NCBI GenBank assembly: GCA_002269645.1
Contig: NIVC01000012.1
Coordinates: 1,612,001 to 1,676,000, forward strand
Length of the DNA stretch: 64,000 nt
Direction of reading: 5' to 3'
Source of the DNA: Macrostomum lignano
Lineage: Eukaryota
The notes beneath the pieces are model-generated. The model did not search any database, was not told the DNA's origin, and saw nothing but the letters and a program-made list of their open reading frames with translations. A program made the position numbers and the translations under genes. Shown here one piece after another: positions 37,721 to 49,593 of this stretch (the stretch's first letter is position 1; each line of letters begins with the position of its first letter).

Positions 37721-38360
37721 TCTTTGATTAGCTGAAGTTTCAAAAGTTTACAGATTTATAGATTATTCAAATTTAGCATTCAGGGTCAAAACTAAAGTTG
37801 ATATATCATGGAATATGCTACAAAAAACTAAGATATAAGTTAATTGTTGTTTTTGTATCTTTCATTCAAAACATAATATTGTTATTTTCTGCATGAACTT
37901 GGATTATCAACAATAAAAACAGTCAGACTTGAATTAAAATCATTGTCAGCTTTAAAGAAATTGTTTAAAAAAAGTAATACCAAAACAATACAAGTACTGC
38001 TTGCAATATATTAATGTTGCATTTTTAAATCTGGTTTCTACAACTTCTATTGGATTTTAACATCTTTCTTCAATAATAATGTAAGTTTTTTCATTTAAGT
38101 GTGCAAGTGCACAGGAGGAGTCAATGGAATGGGTAGAATTGCCTCAGCACTGTTTGTGGGACAATTTTGCCAAATTACTACCAAGTGCCACAGCTCAGTC
38201 TCTGATCATTTAGCCAATGTCACGTGACTTGGAGTCCATAAAGCAACCTTTCCCTTGACCCTGGCAATCTTAACAAACTTAACAGAGTTGGGAGCGTTGA
38301 CTGTGCTGCTATCTACAGTGTAAAGTGCTATATATTATATATACTGTATCTCTATCTGTA

Positions 38361-38665
38361 GGGGGTTGTAGCCTAGGGGTCAGAGTGTCGGACTCTTGAC
38401 TTGAAGGTCGGGGGTTCGATTTCCGATCCTACTGGAACAATTTGTGTCCTTGAGCAAGACACTTGAATTCTGCATTGCTTCAGTTCACCCAGCTGTAAAA
38501 TGGGTGCCAGCATTAGCTGGGGTAATTGAGGAGTTTGGCGACCCCCCAGTCCTTGGACTGAACAGCCGTACGCAGCCTTCAGATGCGCCGTGCAATAGCT
38601 GCGACTGAGCAGTCGGTTGCACATCTGACCCAATCGGGGCAGGTGTAATCAATTATATTAATTAT
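38361..38665 (+). mobile_element. tRNA-derived CORE-like SINE (copy 2)
   Basis: Colinear with 15159..15467; B box GGTTCGATTTCC. Confidence 0.85.
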
Positions 38666-38687
38666 CTGTACACCAAACATCCCGCAG

Positions 38688-38922
38688 GGGATCACGCGGC
38701 GGACCAGAATTTAATGCTGAAGAAGAACCGCAGACCACTGTGTACATTGGAAACCTGCCTAGCGACTCAATTCAAGGCGATGTTGAGCACATTTTTAGCG
38801 CCTGCAAAATCCGCAGCATTCGAATGGTTCGCGACAGGGAGACTGACGCGTTTCGCGGCTTTGCGTATGTGGAGTTCGAGGACACGGTCTCTGTGAAAAA
38901 GGCTCTGGAGCTGAATGGCGCT
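38688..38922 (+). CDS. EIF4H: eIF4H RRM exon (upstream exon not located)
   Basis: CCCGCAG|G acceptor (phase 2). TVYIGNLPSDSIQGDVEHIF...IRSIRMVRDRETDAFRGFAYVEF matches eIF4H [20 protein letters not shown]...[23 protein letters not shown]. Donor GTGCGT at 38923. Confidence 0.9.
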
Positions 38923-38969
38923 GTGCGTGACCTTGATTTGATTCTTCTATTCATTTTTTGGACTATAGG

Positions 38970-39392
38970 ATGATCCTCAGATTGAACTGCCTGTCACCTG
39001 CATCCCCTCTCAGATCCTCAGATTGAATTGCCTGTCACCTGCATCCCCTCTCAGATCCTCAGATTGAACTGCCTGTCACCTGCATCCCCTCTCAGATCCT
39101 CAGATTGAATTGCCTGTCACCTGCATCCCCTCTCAGATCCTCAGATTGAACTGCCTGTCACCTGCATCCCCTCTCAGATCCTCAGATTGAATTGCCTGTC
39201 ACCTGCATCCCCTCTCAGATCCTCAGATTGAATTGCCTGTCACCTGCATCCCCTCTCAGATCCTCAGATTGAACTGTCTGTCACCTGCATCCCCTCTCAG
39301 ATCCTCAGATTGAACTGCCTGTCACCTGCATCCCCTCTCAGATCCTCAGATTGAACTGCCTGTCACCTGCATCCCCTCTCAGATCCTCAGAT
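38970..39392 (+). repeat. Intronic 41-bp minisatellite (GATCCTCAGATTGAACTGCCTGTCACCTGCATCCCCTCTCA)n, ~10 copies
   Basis: Direct inspection; eIF4H intron. Confidence 0.96.
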
Positions 39393-39453
39393 TATAAATC
39401 ATTAGTTAAGACAATAAAACAAATAAAAGACTTTACCCACACGTTCATTTCAG

Positions 39454-39523
39454 CTCTACGATGGCAAAGAGTTGAAAATTGACGTTGCCCAAAACCGCAA
39501 TAGAAATGGCGGATTTCGAGGCG
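39454..39523 (+). CDS. EIF4H: eIF4H short exon (LYDGKELKIDVAQNRNRNGGFRG)
   Basis: TTTCAG| acceptor phase 0; donor G|GTAAGA phase 1; completes the RRM (LRVDIAE-like). Confidence 0.85.
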
Positions 39524-39613
39524 GTAAGAGTCTTTTGTCTAGCTCAGTCTATCTACTAACAGTAGAAACATCAGGAAAGTTATAAAAAGTGCAAAATGCG
39601 TTAATAACCGCAG

Positions 39614-40269
39614 GTCGCGGCGGTGGCGGCGGCCCTCACCAACACCACGGCAACATGCGAGGCGGTGGCGGCGGCGGCGGCGGCGGCGGCTTTCAAAACT
39701 ATGGCGGCGGCGCCATGGAGTTCACCAGGGGCGGCGGCCGCGGCGGCCGAGGAGGCGGCGGTCGCGGCCGAGGCGGTGGGCCCGGCGGGCCGCCCCAGTA
39801 TCAGCAGAATTTCCAGCCCCCCTATCATCAGCCAAATTATTATCCGCCCCAGCATCACAGCCAGGGCAATGGCCGCGGCGGTCGAGGCGGCGGCCCGCCA
39901 TTTCACGGCGGAGGTGGTGGTGGCGGCCCGCCATTCCAGGGCGGCGGCCCGCCATTCCAGGGCGGCGGCCCGCCATTCCAGGGCGGCGGCCCGCCATTCC
40001 AGGGCGGCGGCCGACGCCAGCGCCAGGGCTCCAGCGGCGGCGGCGGCGGCCGCAAGTCTGAGTCATCTTCGCCGCCTCCCCCGCCGGCCCCCGGCCGTCC
40101 GAAGCTGAAGCTGCTGCCCCGGACAGTGGCCGAACCGGTAAACGCTGAGCCACCTCGTAACTCCTCGATTTTCGGGTCTGGTCGGCCGCGCCCACCGACG
40201 CCACCGAGCGCTGAACAGTCTGGCGACAGCGGCGCCGCCGAAGGAGGCGCAGCTGCTCCTAGCGAGTGA
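39614..40269 (+). CDS. EIF4H: eIF4H terminal exon, RGG/Gly-rich
   Basis: CCGCAG|GT acceptor phase 1; RPKLKLLPRTVAEPVN...SSIFGSGRPR matches the conserved eIF4B/4H C-terminal motif; TGA at 40267. Confidence 0.9.
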
Positions 40270-40524
40270 TCCAATTATTGATTGATTGATTGATAAACAG
40301 ATTGATTAACGGGGTAGATTTCACGTTGAAAAGGTCACCGTGACAAGAATCGCTAATGAGTCATTGCAAACAGCTCAAACAGCTCTATACATAGTGATTT
40401 TGTGACTCTTGTGACTCTGCAAACAACTCAAACGACTGCAATGCGACAGAAAGGCGGCTCTTGAGTCACGAGCGCATCACGTGAGTTGCAGAATTGTAAA
40501 AGAGTCGCTATGGCCCCAGAGCGG

Positions 40525-40946
40525 GAGGGTGCTTAGATTGTGAGTGGGAGAGTGCTTAGATTGTGAGTGAGAGAGTGCTTAGATTGTGAGTGAGAGGGTG
40601 CTTAGATTGTGAGTAGGAGGGTGCTTAGATTGTGAGTGAGAGAGTGCTTAGATTGTGAGTGGGAGGGTGCTTAGATTGTGAGTAGGAGGGTGCTTAGATT
40701 GTGAGTGGGAGAGTGCTTAGATTGTGAGTGGGAGGGTGCTTAGATTGTGAGTGGGAGGGTGCTTAGATTGTGAGTGGGAGAGTGCTTAGATTGTGAGTGG
40801 GAGGGTGCTTAGATTGTGAGTGGGAGGGTGCTTAGATTGTGAGTGGGAGAGTGCTTAGATTGTGAGTGGGAGAGTGCTTAGATTGTGAGTGGGAGTGTGC
40901 TTAGATTGTGAGTGGGAGAGTGCTTAGATTGTGAGTGGGAGGGTGC
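40525..40946. repeat. 23-bp minisatellite (GGGAG[G/A]GTGCTTAGATTGTGAGT)n
   Basis: Direct inspection. Confidence 0.95.
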
Positions 40947-42039
40947 TTTCATCTTGTTCAGATTTGACGCTGGAGGCCAGAGCCCTCAGTTGTCGTGTGT
41001 AAAACCTCTGTCTCCCTTCCTAAACTGATTGTTATTAATTACATCCTTGCAAAGTTATACATCTGTTTACTATTAATATTCTTGTACTAATCCTGTTTCC
41101 TGTCCAAAGCAGAAAGGCTCCAGTTCGGAAAATCTGTCATAAAATGCGCATAAGTGTTTTTTCTTACTACTGCTCAGCAACACCATAGTAGTGTAGAAGA
41201 ATATTATTCAAAAAAGCAAACTCGTTCCCCAAATTATTCATATTTTTTGTCATTTTTCTCTATTTGTTAAAAAATAATTTGGTGAACAAAATCGGTGCAA
41301 TCTGGCTAATGTAAAACCAACAAACAGGTTTTTTCTCATTCGTCTTCTCAATTCTGTTTGTTTGTTTTCAAATTTCAAACACAGGCGAAAATTCAAAACA
41401 TTGCTTAACGGAGTTTAGGCTGCCAGTGGGTGTTTCGTCAATAATTATTTTTGAAGAAGTCTTGGTTTTTAAAGTCTGACTGTTTTAATTGTGTTTTTTT
41501 CTGTTGCTTTTGTTTTGCATTTATGTGTGCCTGTGTGTTCGGTTTATGTTTAAAAATTTAATTCACTTGTTATCCTATATCTACGTAACATATATAATAG
41601 TTTATGTGGCACTACTACTTTGGTAAAATACACCTACACTGGGCATGCATATATAAATATTATTCTCTGCAAAGGCATCCCAATATTACTGAAATTAATC
41701 TACTATTATTAATGTAACGCCCCATTGTTTTTTGTCTCCCGCCCCCATCGGCCCTTCAATAATTTGGTTTTTAAACATACGCAGCTGATTCGTTGGAAAA
41801 GAGCCATTGCAGACCAATACGTTTGATTCTGTGCATTACACTGAACCACTCAGCGTGATGCAAAAAATAAACAAGAAGAAGGTTTGTGTACCTGGCCAGC
41901 AAATAGTGATTACTCATTCTGTTTGCTGCCTGATTTGTTGAATGAAAATCATTTTGCGAATTTGTTGCATTCTTTTTCTGCTTTTATGATCGACCCGGAC
42001 TTCCTGATGTCAGGTCACTGGTAACTGGTCTTTTCTTTC

Positions 42040-42476
42040 CCTTCCTGGCCCTCTCTCCCTTCCTGTCCCTCTCTCCCTTCCTGTCCCTCTCTCCCTTCCT
42101 GTCCCTCTCTCCCTTCCTGTCCCTCTCTCCCTTCCTGTCCCTCTCCCTTCCTGTTCCTCTCTCCCTTCCTGTCCCTCTCTCCCTTCCTGTCCCTCTCTCC
42201 CTTCCTGTCCCTCTCTCCCTTCCTGTTCCTCTCTCCCTTCCTGTCCCTCTCTCCCTTCCTGTTCCTCTCTCCCTTCCTGTCCCTCTCTCCCTTCCTGTTC
42301 CTCTCTCCCTTCCTGTCCCTCTCTCCCTTCCTGTCCCTCTCTCCCTTCCTGTTCCTCTCTCCCTTCCTGTCCCTCTCTCCCTTCCTGTCCCTCTCTCCCT
42401 TCCTGTCCCTCTCTCCCTTCCTGTCCCTCCCCTCTGGTAAATAAACCAGATAACATCACATTCACAAGATAACATT
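42040..42476. repeat. 18-bp minisatellite (CTTCCTGTCCCTCTCTCC)n plus unique tail, duplicated at 46584..46733
   Basis: Both copies end in CCCCTCTGGTAAATAAACCAGATAACATCACATTCACAAGATAACATT. Confidence 0.92.
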
Positions 42477-45400
42477 GCGTCGCAGCTCGGCGAACTGCCG
42501 CTGGATAAACCTGACCGAGCACAGGTTTGGCTGACTGCCTTTCAAGCGCTGGCCAGAGCGAAAGGCTGGTCTGATTCAACCGAAAAAAAAACGATCGCTG
42601 ACAACTTTCTCGCTATCTGTGGACTCACCGCGCTTGAAAAGCTGCAGAGTCTGGTGTCGCCACGCCCACTCACGGAGCTCTCATTCGAGGATATTCAGAC
42701 GACATTTGTCACGTATCTGCGCCCCAAAGAGAAACTGATAATCGCTGAGCGCGCGCGATTCTTCAAGACGCAACAACTGCAAGGAGAAAGCATTTCTGAT
42801 TTCGTCAGTCGTCTCCGCCAGGCGGCCACTGACTGCAAGTTCGACGACCTCAAGGCATGCAGAAGCCCTTCCGAGGAGCTAATCAGTACGGCACTCATCG
42901 CAGGACTGCGCGATAGCCGGGAGCAGCAGCGCGTACTCGAAGCAATGCAGCTGAAACTGATGTCCGTCTCAGAAATCACGGACTTCATACGCAACCTAGA
43001 GCAAGTCGATGGCTTCGTCGCCAGGCAGATGGACAAGGCAACCGGCCAATCTAAATCACCATGCACCTACGAAGCCACCCTTCATTACGCTCAATCCGGT
43101 CGGCCTGAGACATCGCAGCATGCAAGCTCTCGTCGCACAATCAGCGCCTGTCGGTACTGTGGCAAGTCACACCCTGAAGGCAGATGCCTGGCTTTCGGAA
43201 AAAGCTGCTCCAAGTGTGGAAAGAAAAACCACTTCAGTACTGTTTGTAAGTCTCGATCCATGCACTACACGACTACTTGTGAGGAGGATTCAGATTCCGC
43301 CCAACAAAAAACAGACGTACTGCATCTCATCGATGCGCTCAATTCGATTGAAGTATCTATGGAGACTGTGCGCATCAACGATAAGCCCTTCAAAATGCAG
43401 ATCGACACGGGAGCATCAGTCTCCGTGCTCTCCAGTGCGCAGTGGGCTCTGCTGGGTAAGCCACCACTCATGCGTTCCAATCGGCGCTTGGAGGCCTTCG
43501 ACGGGCACGTCATGAAATCGCTTGGCAAAGTGACTGCAACTGTGGAGCTACGAGGACGCCTTCAACCAGTGGAACTGATTGTAGTCTCTTCGGAAAAGAC
43601 GTACGGGTTGCTTGGCCGCGACCTCCTCGAGTCTGACGGTGTCTTCCATGCCAGCGATGTTCAAGCAGAAAAAACTGCCATCGAACCTCTGCCCTGTATC
43701 CGAGGCGTTAAGGCCCGAATGGAACTGGTGGACGGTGCTAAACCACAATTTTGCCGCGCTCGTGCTGTGCCACTCGCCCTAGAAAGCCAAATCAGCGCAG
43801 AACTGGATCGCCTCCACCAACTTGGTGTCATCGAGCCAACAGAGGGTCCGGTTAGTAACGCTTCACCCGTAGTGTGGGTAAAGAAGAAGGATGGAACTCT
43901 CCGCATGTGCGCGGACTACAGCGTGCACGTCAATTCGAAGATCAAATCAGACTCATATCCCATTCCACACATCGAGACCATGTTCTCCAAGCTAAAGAAC
44001 GCCAAAACTTTCGCCACAGTCGATCTACGTTCGGCGTACTGGCAGATCGAGCTTGATGAAGCCGCGAGAGACCTATCGGTAATAAACACGTCCCGCGGGC
44101 TCTATCGTGTCAATCGGCTGCAAATGGGGATGAAGAACGCCTCCTTCATCTTCCAACGCACCATGGAATCCATTCTAGGAGACATCAAAGGACTGCTTAT
44201 CTACCAAGACGACATTCTCATTCACGCGCCAGACAAACCCACGCTGGAGAAGCGCCTCGCTGCTGTGCGAACGCGTCTATCTGAGAAGCGCGTGACTATC
44301 AACGAAGCGAAAAGCATCAGCTATTGCGATTCGGTTTCGTTCTTGGGCTTCCGAATATCCGCGGCTGGTATTCAGCCCGATGATCGCCTAGTGGAGAAAA
44401 TTCGCCATGTGTGCCCGCCAGCAAATAAATCAGAGCTCGCTCACTTTCTTGGCTTGGTAAACTTCTTCGGCCGCCTCATCCCAAACTTTGCAGGCAAAAC
44501 TGCACCGCTTAATAGACTACGACAAGCAAGCGTTCCGTTCGTGTGGTCGGAGGAGTGTTCCAAAGCGTTCGAGAGCCTAAAGCTGGAAATCGCTTCAGCG
44601 CCTGTGGTCCAGCCCTACAGCTTGACAAAGGAACTGACGCTGACCACTGATGCTTCCAAAGGAGCCCTCGCCGCCGTGGCAACACAAGATGGCCATCCCG
44701 TGATATACGTGTCACGTAGCCTGTCCTCCGCTGAATCCAATTATTCTAACATCGAGCGGGAGGCCTTGGCTATTGTTTGGGCCATCGCACGCTTGAAGCA
44801 CTACTTCCATGGCCGACCATTCACAATACGCACAGACCATCAACCGCTCATCCGACTTTTTGGCTCCGGATCCGGCGTCCCAGTGGATGCCTCAGCCCGA
44901 ATCGGACGCTGGGCCTTGTACCTGATGCAGTTTGATTACCGAATTCAGTATGCACGTGGCAGTAGCATTCCACACGTAGATGCCTTATCCAGACTCAGAT
45001 TCGATGACAGCTCATCAGACGACAAGGCCACATTCGAGACGATTAATTCAATCGCATTTGAATCACCTGTGATCGACGCTAAACGAATCACAGCGGAGAT
45101 GGAGTTAGACGCGCTCACCCAGAGAATTCTCAATCGCGTCCGCCAAGGCGATTGGCGAAACTGCAGCCAGGCAGAAGCGCAGTTCAAAAAAGTCTCAAAC
45201 AAACTAACGCTAGAAAATGGACTACTCTACATGCAAAGAAGAGTCTTCATTCCACCAAGACTGCGCAAGGCCGCGTTCGATGCCATTCACGACACGCACA
45301 CGGGCATGCATGCAGCGCACAGTCTAATGTCTACCAGCTGCTGGTGGCCCGGAATGCAACAGGACGTTGCCCAGTTTGTTCGACGCTGTCCAGACTGCTG

Positions 45401-46248
45401 CAGGCTTCGGCCTCAACTCGGCCACGACAGGGATCGCTGGCCTCCATCAACGTATCCGTTCCAGCGCGTACACATGGACTGGGCATACGTAAAAGGCGCT
45501 GGAAACATCCTGGTCACCGTGGATTCCTTTTCCGGCTGGATAGAAGCATTTCCTTGCCGCGATCGCACAGCTGATTCAGTCATTCAGTGCCTGCGTACCG
45601 TATTCACACGGTTCGGCGTCCCCGAGCTGGTGGTTTCGGACAACGCCCCAGAGTTCACCACTGAAGTGCTCACATCGTGGCTCCGCGCCAATGGTGCCAA
45701 GAAGCTCGAGTCACCCACCTATTACCCGCAGGCGAATGGAGCCGCAGAAAGGGCCGTTCAGACCGTCAAGTCCGCACTAAGGGCCTGGTCTGAAAAAAAT
45801 TACGCACATGGAGTTTAGCCGCTTCTTGCAAAAGGTCCTCCTGCACCATAGAAACTCAGCCTCTTCGCGGGGCTGCTGCCCAGCCGAAATTCTTTTTGGA
45901 CGGCGACTCAGAGTCCCGGTGGTGACCAACTTCGAACAGGGTGACAGCGTGATCTATGCGCCAAGCAGCTCCTCAGTCGGCAACCCGGCAAAGTTCGTGA
46001 TGACGGCAGGTCAAAACACAGCATGGATCCTCGCTGACGATGGGCTTCGCCTTGCAAGCACGAATCAACTTGCCCCAATGGCCACCCAGCCATCGGAATT
46101 CGAGATGGAGGACGAAGATGAGACTAACAGCGTGCCAGAAACCGGAAACGAGCCAGTCGCAGGGATTCAGACACCCGTGCCTGAAGAAGCCGTTCAGCTG
46201 AGAAGGAGCCTCAGAAACCGATCCGCTCCTGAGCGCTTTGTGCCTTAA
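42477..46248 (+). CDS. Gag-Pol polyprotein with one frameshift at the A7 run near 45793-45799
   Basis: Zn knuckles (CRYCGKSH..C; CSKCGKKNHFSTVC), protease IDTGASVS, RT YQDDIL, RNase H TTDAS...EREALAI, integrase HTG..C..C, HMDWAY, SDNAPEF, NGAAERAV. The C-terminal integrase continues in ORF 45808..46248. Confidence 0.92.
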
Positions 46249-46583
46249 ACTGGTATCCGAGGAGGGTTGAAAAAAAACGCGAAACTAATGAAACGACATG
46301 AAACGACTTCACTGTTCCAATTGACATCTTCTGAATATAGGGAGGGGCATGTGGTGTATCGCACACTGAGATGCACTATAGTTTATATAAGTTCAAGTTC
46401 GTTATTCTATGCCGTTTGTTTGCACTAATCGCCTCTAAGCATTCTATCGCTACAGTTTCTTCTATGGTAATTAACCCAGCCCAAAGTTCCTAGAGCTCAC
46501 CCTTCTGATCTCTTTCAAATAAGAAATAAAAAGAATCTTAAGCTCATGAGTTAAATACTTCAGCCGGAGTTCAATTCACAACA
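42477..46583 (+). mobile_element. Ty3/Gypsy LTR retrotransposon lacking its 5' LTR and PBS
   Basis: gag-PR-RT-RH-IN order; PPT AGGGAGGGG at 46339-46347; 3' LTR TGTGGTG...CACAACA at 46350..46583. Confidence 0.95.
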
Positions 46584-46844
46584 CTTCCTGTCCCTCTCTC
46601 CCTTCCTGTTCCTCTCTCCCTTCCTGTCCCTCTCTCCCTTCCTGTCCCTCTCTCCCTTCCTGTCCCTCTCTCCCTTCCTGTCCCTCCCCTCTGGTAAATA
46701 AACCAGATAACATCACATTCACAAGATAACATTCGCTCAAACAAGATAACATGCCCCATTCCGGTTATGCAAAATGTTATCTTGTATGAATCCTGTTTGC
46801 GTGACGAAATCTTACGTTTCCTTGTTTCAAACAAGATTCAAATA

Positions 46845-47190
46845 GGATTCATTGACCAGGCAACAGTCGGGTAATTCATGCGAATCCTGCAGGGAAACAT
46901 CGTGTTATCCTGTTTGTTATCTTGTTTGTTATCCTGTCTGACAAACAGGATTCGCTGACCAGATAACAGTCTGGTAATTCATGCGAATCCTGCAGGGAAA
47001 CATCGTGTTATCCTGTTTGTTATCTTGTTTGTTATCCTGTCTGACAAACAGGATTCGCTGACCAGATAACAGTCTGGTAATTCATGCGAATCCTGCAGGG
47101 AAACATCGTGTTATCCTGTTTGTTATCTTGTTTGTTATCCTGTCTGACAAACAGGATTCGCTGACCAGGTAACAGTCGGGTAATCCATGC
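46845..47190. repeat. 103-bp tandem repeat, ~3 copies, with internal GGATTCGC/GCGAATCC inverted pair
   Basis: GGATTCGCTG recurs at 46948, 47051 and 47154. Confidence 0.88.
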
Positions 47191-47619
47191 GAAAGAAGCC
47201 GGAAGGCATTGACATCAAATTTCGCAGTTGGTGCTTCAAGATTTTATGAGTAGCATCTCTATATTTAACAGCGGGATGTCATTTGTAAGCGCCTTATACA
47301 AACTAAACGGTAGCTCAACATGAACGGAAACTTCTGGAGAACAGCGTGGCATGCGTCTGAGTTTCGGGAGTCCAGTTATAAGTAGACCTACTTATACTGT
47401 GGTACCAATTGACACTACTGAATTGGTGATCTGCTGCGAGCTGGTGTACTCGCTGGCGAGGTCGGACCTGCTGTACTCGGACACGACTCTGGCGGCAGTC
47501 GACACGTGAGCCAGACGTTTGAAAGATCGGGTCGCGCGCGCGGACGGCGATTAATGAGACCACCGGCGGGGGCTTCATTTTATGCCGGCACAATGGAACG
47601 ACTCTGCTTTATAAAGTTA

Positions 47620-49060
47620 AATTAAATGGCGATGGAAGGCAGTTTCTCCGAAATATACACAGCTATAAAGAAACAGTAATGCACATACACACTCGATTGT
47701 CTAGCTCTAACAGACAGTGACGGTTCGCCAACAGGCATTGCCATATTATACGACCGTTCACTAGTAACGTCAGCTGTGTCGATAGAATTGTCATTCGTAG
47801 TCGTCATCCGGAAACAACTGGCTTTCGTTGATCGGCTGCTCGTAGACCGGAGACGAAGTGAATGGCGTGCCATCTGATGCACCGGCTTGCGCGGCGATGG
47901 CTTCGTCGTGCAGTTGCGTCCACGAAATGCCGACTGCGCTGGAAACTCTTACCTGATTTTCTTCGCAATCCCGTGTGCCAACGGTAATATCCAACCGACT
48001 TGGCGTTGCAGATGTCGCTAGTGCGATTGACTATCGTCCAACGGCGTCATCAACTGTGTCGTTCGAAGCATTGAAACCCTCCGGAAACAACTGGCTTTCG
48101 TTGAACGACTGCTCGTAGACCGGAGACGAAGTGAATGGCGTGTCATATGAAGTATCCGCTTGCGCTGCGATGGCGTCGTCGTGCAGTTGCGTCCACGAAA
48201 TGCCGACTGCGCGAGGGAAAGATGCTACTTGATTGCCGCCGATCGGCGGTGTATTAAAGCCAGCCCACCAGACAGACATCAGCGAGCCGTAGGGAGCAGG
48301 ATGGAACTACGCCAGCAGATCCGCTGGTATGACCTACTGGTTTCACTGGCAAATCAGCCAGAAATAGTTCAAGTCGTACTACCTCTTGACGCAAGTAGCT
48401 GCCCGTGCTGCAGCCGCCGCATGCTTGTCTTCGGCAACGCGGACAGCGAGGTGTCGTGCAGTCGACAATCTACAGAATTAGTTGTACATAGCGGCTGGTT
48501 TCGCTAAGATCAGTTTGATAGAAGTGAAACAGGTTGTACCTACGTATGTGCATCCCGTATATACGTGTAGGATGTTACTAGGTACAATATTGACAGAGCG
48601 TTTGTCTGGACGACCTGGCGGTGCAAAAATTGTCGGTCGGCGCAACAGAATAACATCGCCACGACGCAACGGCCCAATCTGCGAGCGTACGCTGCCTTGG
48701 ACACTGCAACCAATCATCCCGGTTGGGTCGCATGCATCAATTGTAAAAGCCGACGAGGTTGACGCTGAGCAGATCTGCTGGTCAGTAACTCGTTGAATAA
48801 GTAGCAACAATATCGGAATCCTGTTCGTTGAGGCGCGATGTGGCCGACGGTACAGAACTCTGACAGCTTCGTGCACAATTCGATGCCGATGTCGCCGACG
48901 GCGTATCTCCAAGCCGGTGTATTCCATATGGACTCCGCAAACGCATACTTTGCTTCGTCGGTACTCAGTCGCAGTGTGCTTAATGGACCAACCGTGCGAC
49001 TTGAAGCGCCGGACATCTGTAACAGAGAGAAGTGGATGTTGTTCGGTGAGGCAGCGTAGC
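47620..49060 (-). pseudogene. HROB: HROB/C17orf53 (MCM8IP)-like OB-fold gene, disrupted
   Basis: RIPILLLLIQ...DPTGMIGCSV...GDVILLRRPTIFAP...VNIVPSNILHVY resembles HROB KVPNMAVMIK...DPTGEMQGTV...GSVLLLKQIGVFSP...LNVTPNNLVHIY. IWNTPAW lies upstream in another frame (shift near 48835). Internal TAG at 48031. Confidence 0.65.
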
Positions 49061-49593
49061 CCGAAAACAGCGTCGGGGACCAGCGATCATGAGATGGGAT
49101 AAAGGATTGAAAGGTCGTTGGGCATTTGTTTTTAAAATTGACTTAACAAAACTCAGCATATAATACAACTAATTCGGCACTAAGGCACGAGCCGGTTGGG
49201 GCAGACTCCAAAACCTCTAGCAAATCAAAACGGGTTGTGCACAAGAACTCGCACTAGCACTTTTTCGGAATCTAATACCTTACTATGTATAATGTATATA
49301 CAAATTTGGAGTACGTATTAACAAGACAGTACGTATTAAATGATGTAAAAGACTTAATAAACATGTTCAGTACTTTTCATTTTTATTGGTGCAAAAAAGC
49401 ATGACAATGAATACATAAAAAACAACTAGGAAAAAGGTTGGAAAAGGTGTATGTAGTATAAGTAATACTTTCGATTATTATTAGTACTATTAAGGCATGT
49501 GAACGCTGTAGACGGTGCTGCACTCGTTGATCCATGTTTACGGGGGGATCACATGACCTACTAGGGCCCCTCCTGGTACAGTGGGAGCTGAAA

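Noticed and set aside
38970-39392. CRISPR-like 41-bp repeat
   Set aside because: Contiguous monomers without spacers, in a spliceosomal intron.
45790-45810. Programmed ribosomal frameshift in pol
   Set aside because: It falls inside the integrase rather than at the gag/pol boundary; a 1-bp homopolymer indel (mutation or sequencing error) is simpler.
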